Virus record (IMG/VR): IMGVR_UViG_3300017548_000080
Location: 1 to 42,443 of that record
Source of the DNA: a virus
Taxonomy: Duplodnaviria; Caudoviricetes
DNA length: 42,443 bases
Strand: one strand, 5' to 3'
Under the pieces are notes generated by a model that saw only the letters and a list, made by a program, of their open reading frames with translations, did no database searches and had not been told where the DNA came from. Position numbers and translations under genes: made by a program. Below, piece after piece: positions 8,934-18,276 of the stretch (its first letter is position 1; each line of letters begins with the position of its first letter).

Positions 8934-9682
8934 CAGCCGCCCATCGCCTCCTCAAAGCGGAGGTCGGCCACGGAGCGGTAGGTTCCCTCCACGCTGTAGG
9001 GCAGCGTGAAATCGGTCGGGAACTTCGCGACGAAACGCGGCCGTGCGAACTCGACCCTCTTCCCTGCCGGCGTTGCCTCACGCAGGGGCGGCGACAGGGC
9101 AAGTGTGTAGCGTTTGCCGGTGTACTCGTATCCGGAGATGGTCGCCGTAACATCTTCCGGATCAGTGCGCTCCCAATACCGATAGGCACGCCAGCCCTTG
9201 ACCGGATGGAAGATCGAGAACCAGTCCGACCAGCGGAGGTTTCGTGCCGCCCCGAAGACATCCATCACCAGTTTGCCAGCGTTGAGCGCGGCATCCTCGA
9301 CGATCTGCCCGAACACGCGCCCCTGGCTGTAGCCAGACCCATCGGAGAACAACGCGCCGTCGGAATGCGGGATGCCACCGATCATAGGCGACTGCCCGCC
9401 GAACGGCCCCATGAAATCCGACATGACCGGTACGTTGATATAGCGGTGCGAGCCATTCAGCCGCGCCGCGAGCATGTTGATGTATTCCTGCTGCTCCGGC
9501 TCAAAGCAGTTGCACCGCTCGAAGGTTGCGACGAGCGCACCGCCGCCCGACAATTCCGTCGACACGCTCTGGCCATTGATATCCCGACCGCCGCTGATCG
9601 CCGATCCGACCACATCCACGGTGAACTTCTCGGCCGCGAGGAAGTCGGCATAGAGCATTGGCGCGTCGGCAAACTTGCTCAT
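8933..9682 (-). CDS. distal tail protein (putative)
   Basis: Directly follows the tape measure gene (ATGA overlap); ends in RFEEA, as many distal tail proteins do. Confidence 0.6.
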   Translation of the reverse strand: MSKFADAPMLYADFLAAEKFTVDVVGSAISGGRDINGQSVSTELSGGGALVATFERCNCFEPEQQEYINMLAARLNGSHRYINVPVMSDFMGPFGGQSPMIGGIPHSDGALFSDGSGYSQGRVFGQIVEDAALNAGKLVMDVFGAARNLRWSDWFSIFHPVKGWRAYRYWERTDPEDVTATISGYEYTGKRYTLALSPPLREATPAGKRVEFARPRFVAKFPTDFTLPYSVEGTYRSVADLRFEEAMGG

Positions 9683-12600
9683 GCCGTCCTCTTGAGCGAC
9701 TGGTAAAAGTGGTTGTTCTGCTCAAGTCCGCCGCGCTTCTGGCTGTCATTATACTGCGCAACGGTGCCAGCCGACGCCTCTTGCGCAATGGGCGGCGCTT
9801 CCTTCTGAACGACCGAGCGGATGACCGGCTCAATATTGCTGTCGCCGCGCCGGTCCCAGCCCCACGTCACATGCAGGCCGGCCAGCACATTAGCTGCGGA
9901 AGGCGGCGTCCATGTCGGCGGTACGGCCGGGCGGGAGCCGCCGCCGTAGCCACCATAGCCGCCGCTTGCAAACCCCTGCCCGGTCATCGCCGCGCGGTGC
10001 ATGGCTTCGAGCGCAGCGACACCGATGTTGCGCGTGGCGCGCGACGAGAACACGAATTCGTCCTTATGCACCACACCGGCCGGCGCCGACGGGTCGCCCG
10101 AGCCGGTATAGCCGCCGGTGTCGAACAGGATGCCGCCGATCAACTGGATGAGACCGCCGAGCAGGCCGCCAACCGAATTTGCCCCCGAGGCGCCACCCGA
10201 GGTCAGCGCCTTGCCGAGTTGGCCCAGCCCGCCCCCGAACTCGCCAAGATTCTGCGTCGCGCGCGTGGTCGTCCTGCCGAACTGCGTCAGCGCGTTCTCG
10301 GCCGCCGACAATCGGCCCTGCCAATTGTGCATGGCCTCCGGGTTGTTCCAGGCAAAGCCCTTCGGCCGTTCGAACCCGCCGAATGCTGCGGTCGCCTCTC
10401 GGACATTGCGCGACGACATAAGCTGATCGAATGCGCGGCGCTCCGTGGTCTGAAGCTCCCGCCATGCAAGGTCAAGTTGGCCTTGCGTGTCACCCAGCAT
10501 GCCGGGACCGCCGCCCCTGTTCCCCCAATGCTGAAACAGACCGAACGCCCTGCCGCCGTCACCGATAGCATTCGGATTGAAATTGCTCTCAGCCCGGACA
10601 TTGCCCATGATGCCGGCGATCTGATGCGGCTGGAGCCCCTTCTCGGCAAAGAAGTTCCAGACCTGCCCGGAGACCCCGCCGAGGTTTGTATTGGCAGCGA
10701 CGGGCGTGTTCTGGTTCGCCGCCGGCGAATAGCCGAGCACTGCACCAAGCGAGGTCGTCGCCTGAAACGAATTGCTGAGCAGGCCCGAGCCGCCGAACAT
10801 CTTCGAAGACAGCGCCGAGGCGAGATTGGCGATCTGCTGCTCCAGCATCTTGTCGAGGCCGCGCAGCGCCGCGTTCATCACGGCCTGCCCGAGCGCGTCG
10901 CCGATGTCGCCGCCATTGTTCAGCAGCGCCGAGCGGAAGTCGCTGACGAAGCTGGAAATCGCCTGCTTGAACAGGTCGGCATAGATGTTCTCGCGCATCA
11001 GCCGCGCTTCGGGCGAGTTCATGTCGATCGACAAGCCGGAGCCACGCAGGCGGGCGGCGATCTGCTGGTCCACACTCGACCGGCCGCGCTGCGACATGTC
11101 GAACATCAGATCGTCACGGAGCCGACCACGCGCCAGCGCCTCGGCATACTTACCAGCCTCGCGCGCCTTCTCGCGGATCAACGCAAGCTCGGCCTCATCT
11201 GCCTGCGCGCCGGCGCGTGCCGCCGCCTCGCGCAGTTGCGCCGTCAGCTCGAACTCCATGCGCAGGCGCGCCGCCTCGGCCGCCGTCTGGCCGATCAGCG
11301 AGATTTCCATCTGCTGGCTGGCAAGCGACTTGTCCAGCGAGCGCTGCCGCTCCTCGCGCGCCTCGGTCAGCCGGTGCTCTGCCTCAGCCAAAGCGCGCTT
11401 GCCAGCAAGCTCGACGCGCAGATTTCGTTCAGGGCCACTCTCCCCCTCGACGGTGCGAGCTTCCTCACGCGCCCGAGCGGCAGCCGCCAGTTGTGCTGGT
11501 GACCTGGCGCCCATTGCGAGCATGTCGGCGTCGAAGCTCTTCTGCATCTCGCGCATAGCAAGACGCTGCCGATCGAGATAGGCGTTGCGCGCCGCCTCCT
11601 CCGGACTGCCTATGATGAAGCCGCGCTGTCCCGCCTCGGCGCGGCGCTGCATATCCGCCAACTCGCGCATGCGCTGTGATAGCTCATAGAGTTCGCGGGC
11701 CGCGATAATGGCATCGTCGGCGAGTTTGCGCAGACCCGGATCGGCGCGCGCCATCTCATCCATATGGCGGATTGCCCGGCCGATATCCGGAACAAGTCCG
11801 TCCGCTACTTCCAGGCGTAGCCGACTGATCTCCTTTGCAAACGGAGAGAACTTGCCGCCGACCTCGACCGCAGCGGCACCCATACTGAGGATCGCGTCGG
11901 CGGTCGTGCGCAAGGCGGCGGGGTTTTCCGAGCGACCGACAAGGACGCTGAAGAGCGACTCGACCTCTGCTTCGAACTCGGCGACCTTTGGGCTTCCATC
12001 GCGGATGGACTGAAGGAAGCGCTCGACAGGTGCCGCGAACTGGCGCTGATCACCGCCAAGGCCTCGCAGGGCTGCAACACCATCGGATGCGAACATACCC
12101 CATGCGCGCGTCCACCCTTCATTGTCCTCCAACTTCCCCATGAGACCAGAGGTCAAATTGCGCTGAACGGCCTCCATCATCGCCATGTTTTCGCGCACAG
12201 AGGCCGCGGTAAGAGCGGCTCCTGACGGCGTAATTGCTGCGATGGCATCACCCAGGCCGCCGTAGCGCGAGCGCAGCAGATCAACCGTAGTGCTGTGAAC
12301 CTTCAGCGCATCGTCAAAGGTCTTGATCGTCTCCTCGCCGCGCATGAAGTACTGGATCGCGGTCGCCGCGAGTCCGGTGATCGCAACCGCGGCGAGGCTC
12401 GCGGGACTGATCAGGCCGAGAAGAGCATCCTTGAAGGCCACGGCCGCGCTCGCACCGCCGCCCATCTGCTGGACGATGCCTGCGATCTGCATGCCCTGCC
12501 CCATGGCGATCATGCGCGCATCCATGCCCATCATGGAGGTGACAAGGATATCCTGCGCCTGAAAGCCGAGGTTGACGCTATGCGCGCGGTTCTGGTTCGC

Positions 12601-13002
12601 GGCCTGCATGGTGACCAAAGCTCGGCGCTGGCTACTGGCGAGACGGTCGGTAGCGTCGGCCTCGCGGTTGATCGCAGCGGTGGCAAGGCCATGCCGCTCC
12701 GCGGCCATCGATAGTACTTCCAGCCGCCGCTGAGCGGTAAGTAGTCCTTGGGCCTGCCCGGCACTTAGCTCCTTTTCGAGCCGCGCAAGATCGGACTGAG
12801 CCCGATAGGCTTCATCATACTTACGCTGAATCGCATCCATCCGCCGTTCGAGACTTACGGTCGATCGCTCAGTGCGCTGCGATGCGGTAGCAACTCCGTC
12901 CTGCGCGTCGGCAAGCCGCTTCAGCTGGTCGGTAGTCTCGTTCACCCCGCGAGTCTGACTTTCGATCGTCAGCCGTCGCGTGGCCTCCTGAATGGTCGCC
13001 AT
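9679..13002 (-). CDS. tape measure protein with embedded phage-tail-lysozyme domain
   Basis: 1107 aa, Ala/Arg/Glu-rich helical. NLGFQAQDI...GQGMQI lambda-type TMP N-terminal motif, QIAGIMGNVRAESNFNPNA...GLFQH lysozyme-like motif, GGYTG...PAGVVHKDEFV C-terminal motif. Confidence 0.9.
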   Translation of the reverse strand: MATIQEATRRLTIESQTRGVNETTDQLKRLADAQDGVATASQRTERSTVSLERRMDAIQRKYDEAYRAQSDLARLEKELSAGQAQGLLTAQRRLEVLSMAAERHGLATAAINREADATDRLASSQRRALVTMQAANQNRAHSVNLGFQAQDILVTSMMGMDARMIAMGQGMQIAGIVQQMGGGASAAVAFKDALLGLISPASLAAVAITGLAATAIQYFMRGEETIKTFDDALKVHSTTVDLLRSRYGGLGDAIAAITPSGAALTAASVRENMAMMEAVQRNLTSGLMGKLEDNEGWTRAWGMFASDGVAALRGLGGDQRQFAAPVERFLQSIRDGSPKVAEFEAEVESLFSVLVGRSENPAALRTTADAILSMGAAAVEVGGKFSPFAKEISRLRLEVADGLVPDIGRAIRHMDEMARADPGLRKLADDAIIAARELYELSQRMRELADMQRRAEAGQRGFIIGSPEEAARNAYLDRQRLAMREMQKSFDADMLAMGARSPAQLAAAARAREEARTVEGESGPERNLRVELAGKRALAEAEHRLTEAREERQRSLDKSLASQQMEISLIGQTAAEAARLRMEFELTAQLREAAARAGAQADEAELALIREKAREAGKYAEALARGRLRDDLMFDMSQRGRSSVDQQIAARLRGSGLSIDMNSPEARLMRENIYADLFKQAISSFVSDFRSALLNNGGDIGDALGQAVMNAALRGLDKMLEQQIANLASALSSKMFGGSGLLSNSFQATTSLGAVLGYSPAANQNTPVAANTNLGGVSGQVWNFFAEKGLQPHQIAGIMGNVRAESNFNPNAIGDGGRAFGLFQHWGNRGGGPGMLGDTQGQLDLAWRELQTTERRAFDQLMSSRNVREATAAFGGFERPKGFAWNNPEAMHNWQGRLSAAENALTQFGRTTTRATQNLGEFGGGLGQLGKALTSGGASGANSVGGLLGGLIQLIGGILFDTGGYTGSGDPSAPAGVVHKDEFVFSSRATRNIGVAALEAMHRAAMTGQGFASGGYGGYGGGSRPAVPPTWTPPSAANVLAGLHVTWGWDRRGDSNIEPVIRSVVQKEAPPIAQEASAGTVAQYNDSQKRGGLEQNNHFYQSLKRTA

Positions 13003-13050
13003 GAAGATTTCCTGCTATCTAGCGAGCCTCACGCATCGAGGGAGGCATCA

Positions 13051-13347
13051 ATGCGGCGTCTACTTTTGGCAGCGGGTGTCATGCTGATCGCCTCTGCAGC
13101 GCTCGCTGAACAGGATCGCTGCAAGCAACATGCGGAGACGGTCGACATCATGAAAACACTGATCAGACCCCTTGCTAACCTTCCTCCGGAGACAAGTATG
13201 GGCAGTGCAGCAATTTACATGCCGAGCGTTAAGTACGACCTCTTGCGCGAGTACGATATAAACTACGCGAACCTCGTCGCTGCATTCAAAGCGTTCACCG
13301 CCTCGGCGGAGGACCTTGAATATGCATTGCGCAAGTGCGCTCGCTGA
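13051..13347 (+). CDS. small secreted protein (moron-like, opposite strand within tail operon)
   Basis: GGGAGG RBS; signal peptide MRRLLLAAGVMLIASAALA; two Cys residues; visibly more AT-rich than neighbours. Confidence 0.7.
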   Translation: MRRLLLAAGVMLIASAALAEQDRCKQHAETVDIMKTLIRPLANLPPETSMGSAAIYMPSVKYDLLREYDINYANLVAAFKAFTASAEDLEYALRKCAR

Positions 13348-13353
13348 GGACTG

Positions 13354-14001
13354 TTACCGAAGCGCGACGGTGATCGTCGGATACCGCAAATCTTTCTTCT
13401 TCTCGCCGCGGCCACGGCCAGCGGTAGCGACGCCCGCCAGAGCCCGGAACGTGTAGCCGACCTGGGCTATGTTCCCGAAGCGCTGCCGGGCTTCCTTCGC
13501 CACTCGCTCATAAATGCGCGGCTCCACCTGAATCACAAAGGCCCGGCCCGACTTCGTCCTGCCCACCTCCAGCCGGCGCGCATACGGCACCGTGTTGGTG
13601 AAGGAGAACTCGGCGGCCTGCGGTATATCTTCCGTGGGCAGAACTTCCCGACCATCGGCGAACAGGCGGTGCGCGTCCCGATATGCTCCGGACCGCACCG
13701 GCGATGCCTCGCGCAGCCGGTTGGCGATCCAGTTGAGCACATCCATAGCAAGGTCGAACTCGGCAACGATCACGCCGCGGTCCGGATCGACACTTTCGAG
13801 CGGCGCACCCTCCCGGCCATCAACGAAGGTCTTTGCCGGCGTGTCGCGGCCCAGCACACGGCGATTGCCTTCCCGCGCATCCGCGATCGCAGTCCGCGCG
13901 AGGTCAGCCACGGCTTTCGACCGGGCCTCGGGTGACAGATCATCGCGAACGACGACCTGAACCCAGCTATCGATTGGCTCGATCTTTGTCCGAACGCTCA
14001 C
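13354..14001 (-). CDS. HK97 gp10-like tail completion/neck protein
   Basis: SPVRSGAYR and FTNTVPYARRLE motifs characteristic of the gp10-like family. Confidence 0.6.
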   Translation of the reverse strand: MSVRTKIEPIDSWVQVVVRDDLSPEARSKAVADLARTAIADAREGNRRVLGRDTPAKTFVDGREGAPLESVDPDRGVIVAEFDLAMDVLNWIANRLREASPVRSGAYRDAHRLFADGREVLPTEDIPQAAEFSFTNTVPYARRLEVGRTKSGRAFVIQVEPRIYERVAKEARQRFGNIAQVGYTFRALAGVATAGRGRGEKKKDLRYPTITVALR

Positions 14002-14373
14002 TGGATGCCTCCGAGAGGATGCGCGCCCGCAGCGAGCCCAGCCGGATCAGCAATCGCGCTTCCCATGGCGCGAGCTGGGCGCCTGTCATTTTGCACCATG
14101 CCGACAATCCCTGCCACGTGATGACGGGCGGTCCCCAGCCATTGCCTTCCATCCCGGCGACGATGTCGCAGAAGTCTCGCCACAGGTAAGTCAGTCGAGC
14201 CGGGAATGGCGGCACGGATGGCGCCTTCTGCATCACCACGACCTTGCCGAGCTTCTTGGCAATGCGCTGTGCAGCGGCGCTGTGGTCGCCCTCTGTCGCC
14301 CCGTCCGCCGTCTTTCGACCGTGACGGAACGACCATTCCGCATATGTGATCAGCCCTTCGATGAGGGCGGAAG
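13967..14373 (-). CDS. tail assembly chaperone C-terminal (gpT-like) segment, reached by -1 frameshift
   Basis: The -1 frame opens after the slippery heptamer A AAT TTT (14374-14380) and reads SSALIEGLITYAEW...PPVITWQGLSAWCKMTG..L.PWE; the reading-frame end may overlap the next gene. Confidence 0.7.
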
Positions 14374-14793
14374 AAAATTTGCGATGTTCGCCGCCTGCGG
14401 CATCACCTGGAGATAGATCCAGCGCGTGGCGCGCGACACATAGAGCTCCTGCGCGTTCTCCGGCGTGCAGGGCACGTCGATGACTTCGCCCGTCGCGATG
14501 TCGACCAGATGCCACGCACTGGTCAGTGCCGCCAGCTTGGCCACGACCTCGGGCGTCTCGTCATCCGGCGTGGCCGTACCAGCGAGCAGCGTGCTTTTCG
14601 CGGCATCGTTCAGCTTGCGCTGCCGTTCGCGGTCGAAGGTCTCGGCTGCCGTGCTGTCGGCCGAAAGCACCTCGATGAAGGCTGGATTGCCATCCTTGTC
14701 GGCGACTGTGCGGCCGGTGGCGGGATGGATGATATGGACACGAAAGGGCTTGTCCACCTGGGCGGCGAGCCCGGCGAATGCGGAGGTCTTCAT
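14350..14793 (-). CDS. tail assembly chaperone (gpG-like)
   Basis: Follows the tail tube gene; TPENAQELY...W...ANF ending typical of this family; slippery site near the 3' end. Confidence 0.75.
   Translation of the reverse strand: MKTSAFAGLAAQVDKPFRVHIIHPATGRTVADKDGNPAFIEVLSADSTAAETFDRERQRKLNDAAKSTLLAGTATPDDETPEVVAKLAALTSAWHLVDIATGEVIDVPCTPENAQELYVSRATRWIYLQVMPQAANIANFLPPSSKG
14374..14380 (-). other. programmed -1 ribosomal frameshift heptamer A AAT TTT
   Basis: X XXY YYZ pattern in the gpG frame (GCA AAT TTT CTT); the -1 frame continues into the gpT-like ORF. Confidence 0.8.
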
Positions 14794-14887
14794 GGTCGTT
14801 CCTTTTGCCGGAAAGGTTGGCGACGGAGACCGGCATCCCCGCCGCCATCAGCGCTGATCTCGTCCCGGTGCCGGCCGGGATTGGTCA

Positions 14888-16144
14888 TCAGGCGACGGCG
14901 GTATCCACGATGCGCAGCACCGTGCTCTCGACGCCCGGCGCCGAGCCGAAATAGCGGCCAGCCGAGAAGTCGCACTGGAGGGCGCGCGCACCATCCACGA
15001 CCGTTTCCGTCATGTTGGTGATCTTCACGCGCGGCATGAAGAAGACCATGCCATGCGCCGGGCCGTCGTCCCTGTCCGGCAGATAGCCGATGAATTCGAA
15101 CTCCGCCTCGCTGTCATAGAGCGTGTGGAAGGCGGTATCGATCTCGAACACCGTGAACTGGCCGCTGACCGCCGCGGACTGCGTCGCGACGACGCCGGCT
15201 GAGAGCCCGTCTGCCTTGAGCTGGGCCGGTGCATTCAGCGGCTTGTTCCAGTTCAGCCGGAATCCCGTCGCGACGGCGAGCGTCGAGCCATTCAGGCGCA
15301 GGAGCCCATCCATCGAGGACAGGATATCGGTGCCAGTCTCTTCGGTGGGAGAGGCAAAGAACGGCGCGTTCAGACCGGAGAACACCGCACGATCGCGGCC
15401 CATGCCGGTGAAATTGATCTGCGCATTCTGGTTCGGCGAAAGCGACAGCTCGAACCCGCCGAAGCGGATGTCCGAATAGACCTTCGCGATGTCGCTGTCT
15501 GGCGTATAGGTCTCCAGCACGAACTTGCGCCGGACGAGGCCAGAGGCAGGCGCGATCAGCGAGCGCCCGACCGTCGTCATGTCGAAGTCGGTGTCCGCCA
15601 CCATGGTGGTCGGCGCCGGGAAGACCGTCACTTCCCGGTTCGACGTGCCGCCGAACGCGATGACGATGAAGTTCACGCCATTGTTGGCCGCGACGGAGAG
15701 ATCGGAGAAGCGCACCACGTCGCCGACGCGCAGGCCGGCCGTGACGGGATCGCCGGCGGCAAAGGTGAACGACGACGTGACGCTGTCGGCGGCGACGCTC
15801 GTCATGGTCGCCTCGTCGAGCGTGATGGCGGCCGCGGACCATGTTCCCTGAAGAACGGCCTCCAGCGCCAGCGCGTGGGTGCCGCAGGAAAGCAGGTGGT
15901 TGGTCTGCACCGGGACGCGCTTCGTACCCAGCTTCGCCAGCGGCTGCACCTGGTCCTGCCGCATCTCGTTCGACGTGTAGTTGTCGCGCGGCAGGGCGAG
16001 GTTGTGCGAGACATAGCGCCAGATTTGTCCACCGCTCGGGCCGGGGTCGGTGTCGATATCCGGCGTGCTCACGGGGTCGAAGGTGGTCGAGCTGTGCGCC
16101 TTGATGACGAGGCGATTGGAAAGGTCTTCGGCGAGAACCGACAT
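14888..16144 (-). CDS. major tail tube protein
   Basis: 418 aa with YTSNEMRQD near the N-terminus and FFMPRVKIT near the C-terminus; lies between terminator and chaperone genes. Confidence 0.75.
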   Translation of the reverse strand: MSVLAEDLSNRLVIKAHSSTTFDPVSTPDIDTDPGPSGGQIWRYVSHNLALPRDNYTSNEMRQDQVQPLAKLGTKRVPVQTNHLLSCGTHALALEAVLQGTWSAAAITLDEATMTSVAADSVTSSFTFAAGDPVTAGLRVGDVVRFSDLSVAANNGVNFIVIAFGGTSNREVTVFPAPTTMVADTDFDMTTVGRSLIAPASGLVRRKFVLETYTPDSDIAKVYSDIRFGGFELSLSPNQNAQINFTGMGRDRAVFSGLNAPFFASPTEETGTDILSSMDGLLRLNGSTLAVATGFRLNWNKPLNAPAQLKADGLSAGVVATQSAAVSGQFTVFEIDTAFHTLYDSEAEFEFIGYLPDRDDGPAHGMVFFMPRVKITNMTETVVDGARALQCDFSAGRYFGSAPGVESTVLRIVDTAVA

Positions 16145-16216
16145 GCTGATCTCCTTTACAGCGGAAAGCGCGGCTCGCGCAGGACGCAGCCGGTCAGATG
16201 ATGGAGGAAAGGCCGA

Positions 16217-16666
16217 TCAGGCCTTCTGGTCGAAGTAGAGAGACGCGTGAACGACGACGGCGACATAGTTGCCGGCAACACTGTCCATGCCGGGCGGTGT
16301 CAGGCTCTCGCCTTCACCGAGCGGATGAACCGATGCTGTCGGTATCGAGACGCCGTCACCGCGCCAGCCGCGAAACACCGCCGCGATCGGCTCTGCACGC
16401 GCCAGAAGCGCAGAGAGTCCGACGCCAAGCGCGTCAAAGACATAGATGTTCAGCTCGCCAGTGTTGCGATGCCGATTGGCGCCGCGGCCGCCGCCGATCT
16501 CGATCGGGCTGGCACCCTCGATCAGCAGCTCGAAATAGATGAACGGGCCGACCTTGTCCGGCAGGTGGTTGCCGCCGTCCTGCCAGAACATCGGAACGCC
16601 GCTGATGTTCGCCTCGGCGCGCGCCTTGATCGCAGCAAAGGCGGCGGTGATGGCGATCATGCTCAC
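16217..16666 (-). CDS. tail terminator-like protein
   Basis: 149 aa upstream of the tail tube; R.TGELNIYVF...G motif. Confidence 0.6.
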   Translation of the reverse strand: MSMIAITAAFAAIKARAEANISGVPMFWQDGGNHLPDKVGPFIYFELLIEGASPIEIGGGRGANRHRNTGELNIYVFDALGVGLSALLARAEPIAAVFRGWRGDGVSIPTASVHPLGEGESLTPPGMDSVAGNYVAVVVHASLYFDQKA

Positions 16667-16875
16667 CGCTTGCGTGCCTTGCCTCGCGCAGGAGGCAGCA
16701 GCCCGAGGACTTCGTCAGAGGTATCCGTCGTGGCCGGAATGTCGCCGACGATCTTGCCCCGCTCCACAAGCCGGGCGACATGCTCAGGACGAACCGGGAC
16801 GGAGGCGCCGACGCGATAGCGCACGGGCACCTTGCCGTCCCCCGCATAATGAAATTCAACCAGAGCTTCATGCAT
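16663..16875 (-). CDS. hypothetical virion-module protein
   Basis: 70 aa ORF tightly packed between neck genes. Confidence 0.5.
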   Translation of the reverse strand: MHEALVEFHYAGDGKVPVRYRVGASVPVRPEHVARLVERGKIVGDIPATTDTSDEVLGLLPPARGKARKR

Positions 16876-16878
16876 GCC

Positions 16879-17199
16879 CTATCCCTTCACGACGACGTTG
16901 TAGCGGACGACGGCGGAGTTCAGCCGCACCGGCTCGACGGCGATGATGGTGCAGTCCTTGCCAGCGATATCGAAGCGGTTCCCTTCCACTGGCGCCACGC
17001 CGCTGCTCGGCGACAGCGTGACCTTGCGATCCTTCTGGCTGATGGTGCCAACGAGCTCTTCGGGCTTGAGGCCGCGCACGAAGGCGCGAACAAGCGCGCC
17101 GGCGTCGGCTGCTCCGGCAGTCACCACATGATAGGTGACATTCTCGCCATGGTCGGCGAGCTGCCTGTCCAGCATCGCGATGGCATCGGCTGGCGTCAT
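16879..17199 (-). CDS. head closure / head-tail joining protein
   Basis: 106 aa beta-rich ORF following the head-tail connector. Confidence 0.6.
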   Translation of the reverse strand: MTPADAIAMLDRQLADHGENVTYHVVTAGAADAGALVRAFVRGLKPEELVGTISQKDRKVTLSPSSGVAPVEGNRFDIAGKDCTIIAVEPVRLNSAVVRYNVVVKG

Positions 17200-17807
17200 A
17201 CCTTCGGCACCTTCAATCCGGAAAGCAAGCTTTCCGCCGCCGTGCGCACATGCGCGGAGACGCTGGCTCCATCGAAATAGCTGCGGACACCGACGCCCTC
17301 GACCGTCTCCGAACGCAGCCCCGGCGATGAAGGATCGTGTCGCAGCAGATCCTGCACCATGAGCATGACGGCGAACTTCGCTTCTTCCGGAACATCACCC
17401 GTTCCGCCGCCGCTGACAGCGGTGCCGTTATATCCGGCGCGATACCGGATGCGATGCAACGGAGAGCGAAGCCATGCGCCAATGCCCCACGCCACGACAT
17501 CCTCACCGCTCATGCGATACAGCGAAGGGTCGATTATTGCGTCATTTCCAACATGGTCCTCGCCGATGACGCTGACGATATCGATGAGCGGAGGGCAAGG
17601 CAGACGGAATCTGCACCCGGAGAAATTCCCCGCGACCTCGATCGTCTGTACGCCGATGGCGCGGCCAAGCCACCCGGCCGGGCCGTCGATCATCCGCGTT
17701 GCAGCCGCGATTACGCGCGCGACAGAGGCGTCGTCAGGCGCATGGCTACCGGGAATATCCGCCGGCGTGAGGATCGGCGCCGGCGGGACAATGACGCGGA
17801 TGAACAT
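17196..17807 (-). CDS. head-tail connector protein (gp6-like)
   Basis: D...IAAAT..IDGPAGWLGRAIG.QT, LPCPPL, RIRYRAGY, VPEEAKFAV.L.V motifs. Confidence 0.75.
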   Translation of the reverse strand: MFIRVIVPPAPILTPADIPGSHAPDDASVARVIAAATRMIDGPAGWLGRAIGVQTIEVAGNFSGCRFRLPCPPLIDIVSVIGEDHVGNDAIIDPSLYRMSGEDVVAWGIGAWLRSPLHRIRYRAGYNGTAVSGGGTGDVPEEAKFAVMLMVQDLLRHDPSSPGLRSETVEGVGVRSYFDGASVSAHVRTAAESLLSGLKVPKV

Positions 17808-17812
17808 CCGAC

Positions 17813-18187
17813 CTACTTCTCCGCCTTCGGCTGCTCGCCATAGACGCTGAGATCGAGACCCTGGCCGGAAAACTCCGGATCGGAGGGATGACGCCGCGCC
17901 GGATCGTTGAAGTCACCGCCATTCTGCACCGCAGACGTGCCGGCGCGCGGATTGTTCTCCACCGCCGGATGATCGACCGGAATGGCCGCCTTGATCTCCG
18001 GCTCGACGAATGCGCCGGACCCACTGTCCATCTCGGTCGCCGGCGCCGGATTCGTCACCGCCATTTCGGCCGGCAACCTGCCCTCTTCGGCAGCCTTGTC
18101 GGTCGCCAGCTGGGCCGCTTCCTCCCGGCGCTTCTGCTCTTCTGCGGCAACATCCGTCGCCGTCTCTTCCACGGTCTTCTTCGCCAT
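17813..18187 (-). CDS. hypothetical protein downstream of capsid
   Basis: AGGAG RBS, start MAKKTVEE at 18187, acidic 124 aa. Confidence 0.6.
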   Translation of the reverse strand: MAKKTVEETATDVAAEEQKRREEAAQLATDKAAEEGRLPAEMAVTNPAPATEMDSGSGAFVEPEIKAAIPVDHPAVENNPRAGTSAVQNGGDFNDPARRHPSDPEFSGQGLDLSVYGEQPKAEK

Positions 18188-18276
18188 CTGACTGGCTCCT
18201 GTTGTCGGTTGCGGGGAATGCACTGCGGTTGCCGGCGGCGCTGTCCGCCGCCGACATGGTTTGAACGACGCTCCGG

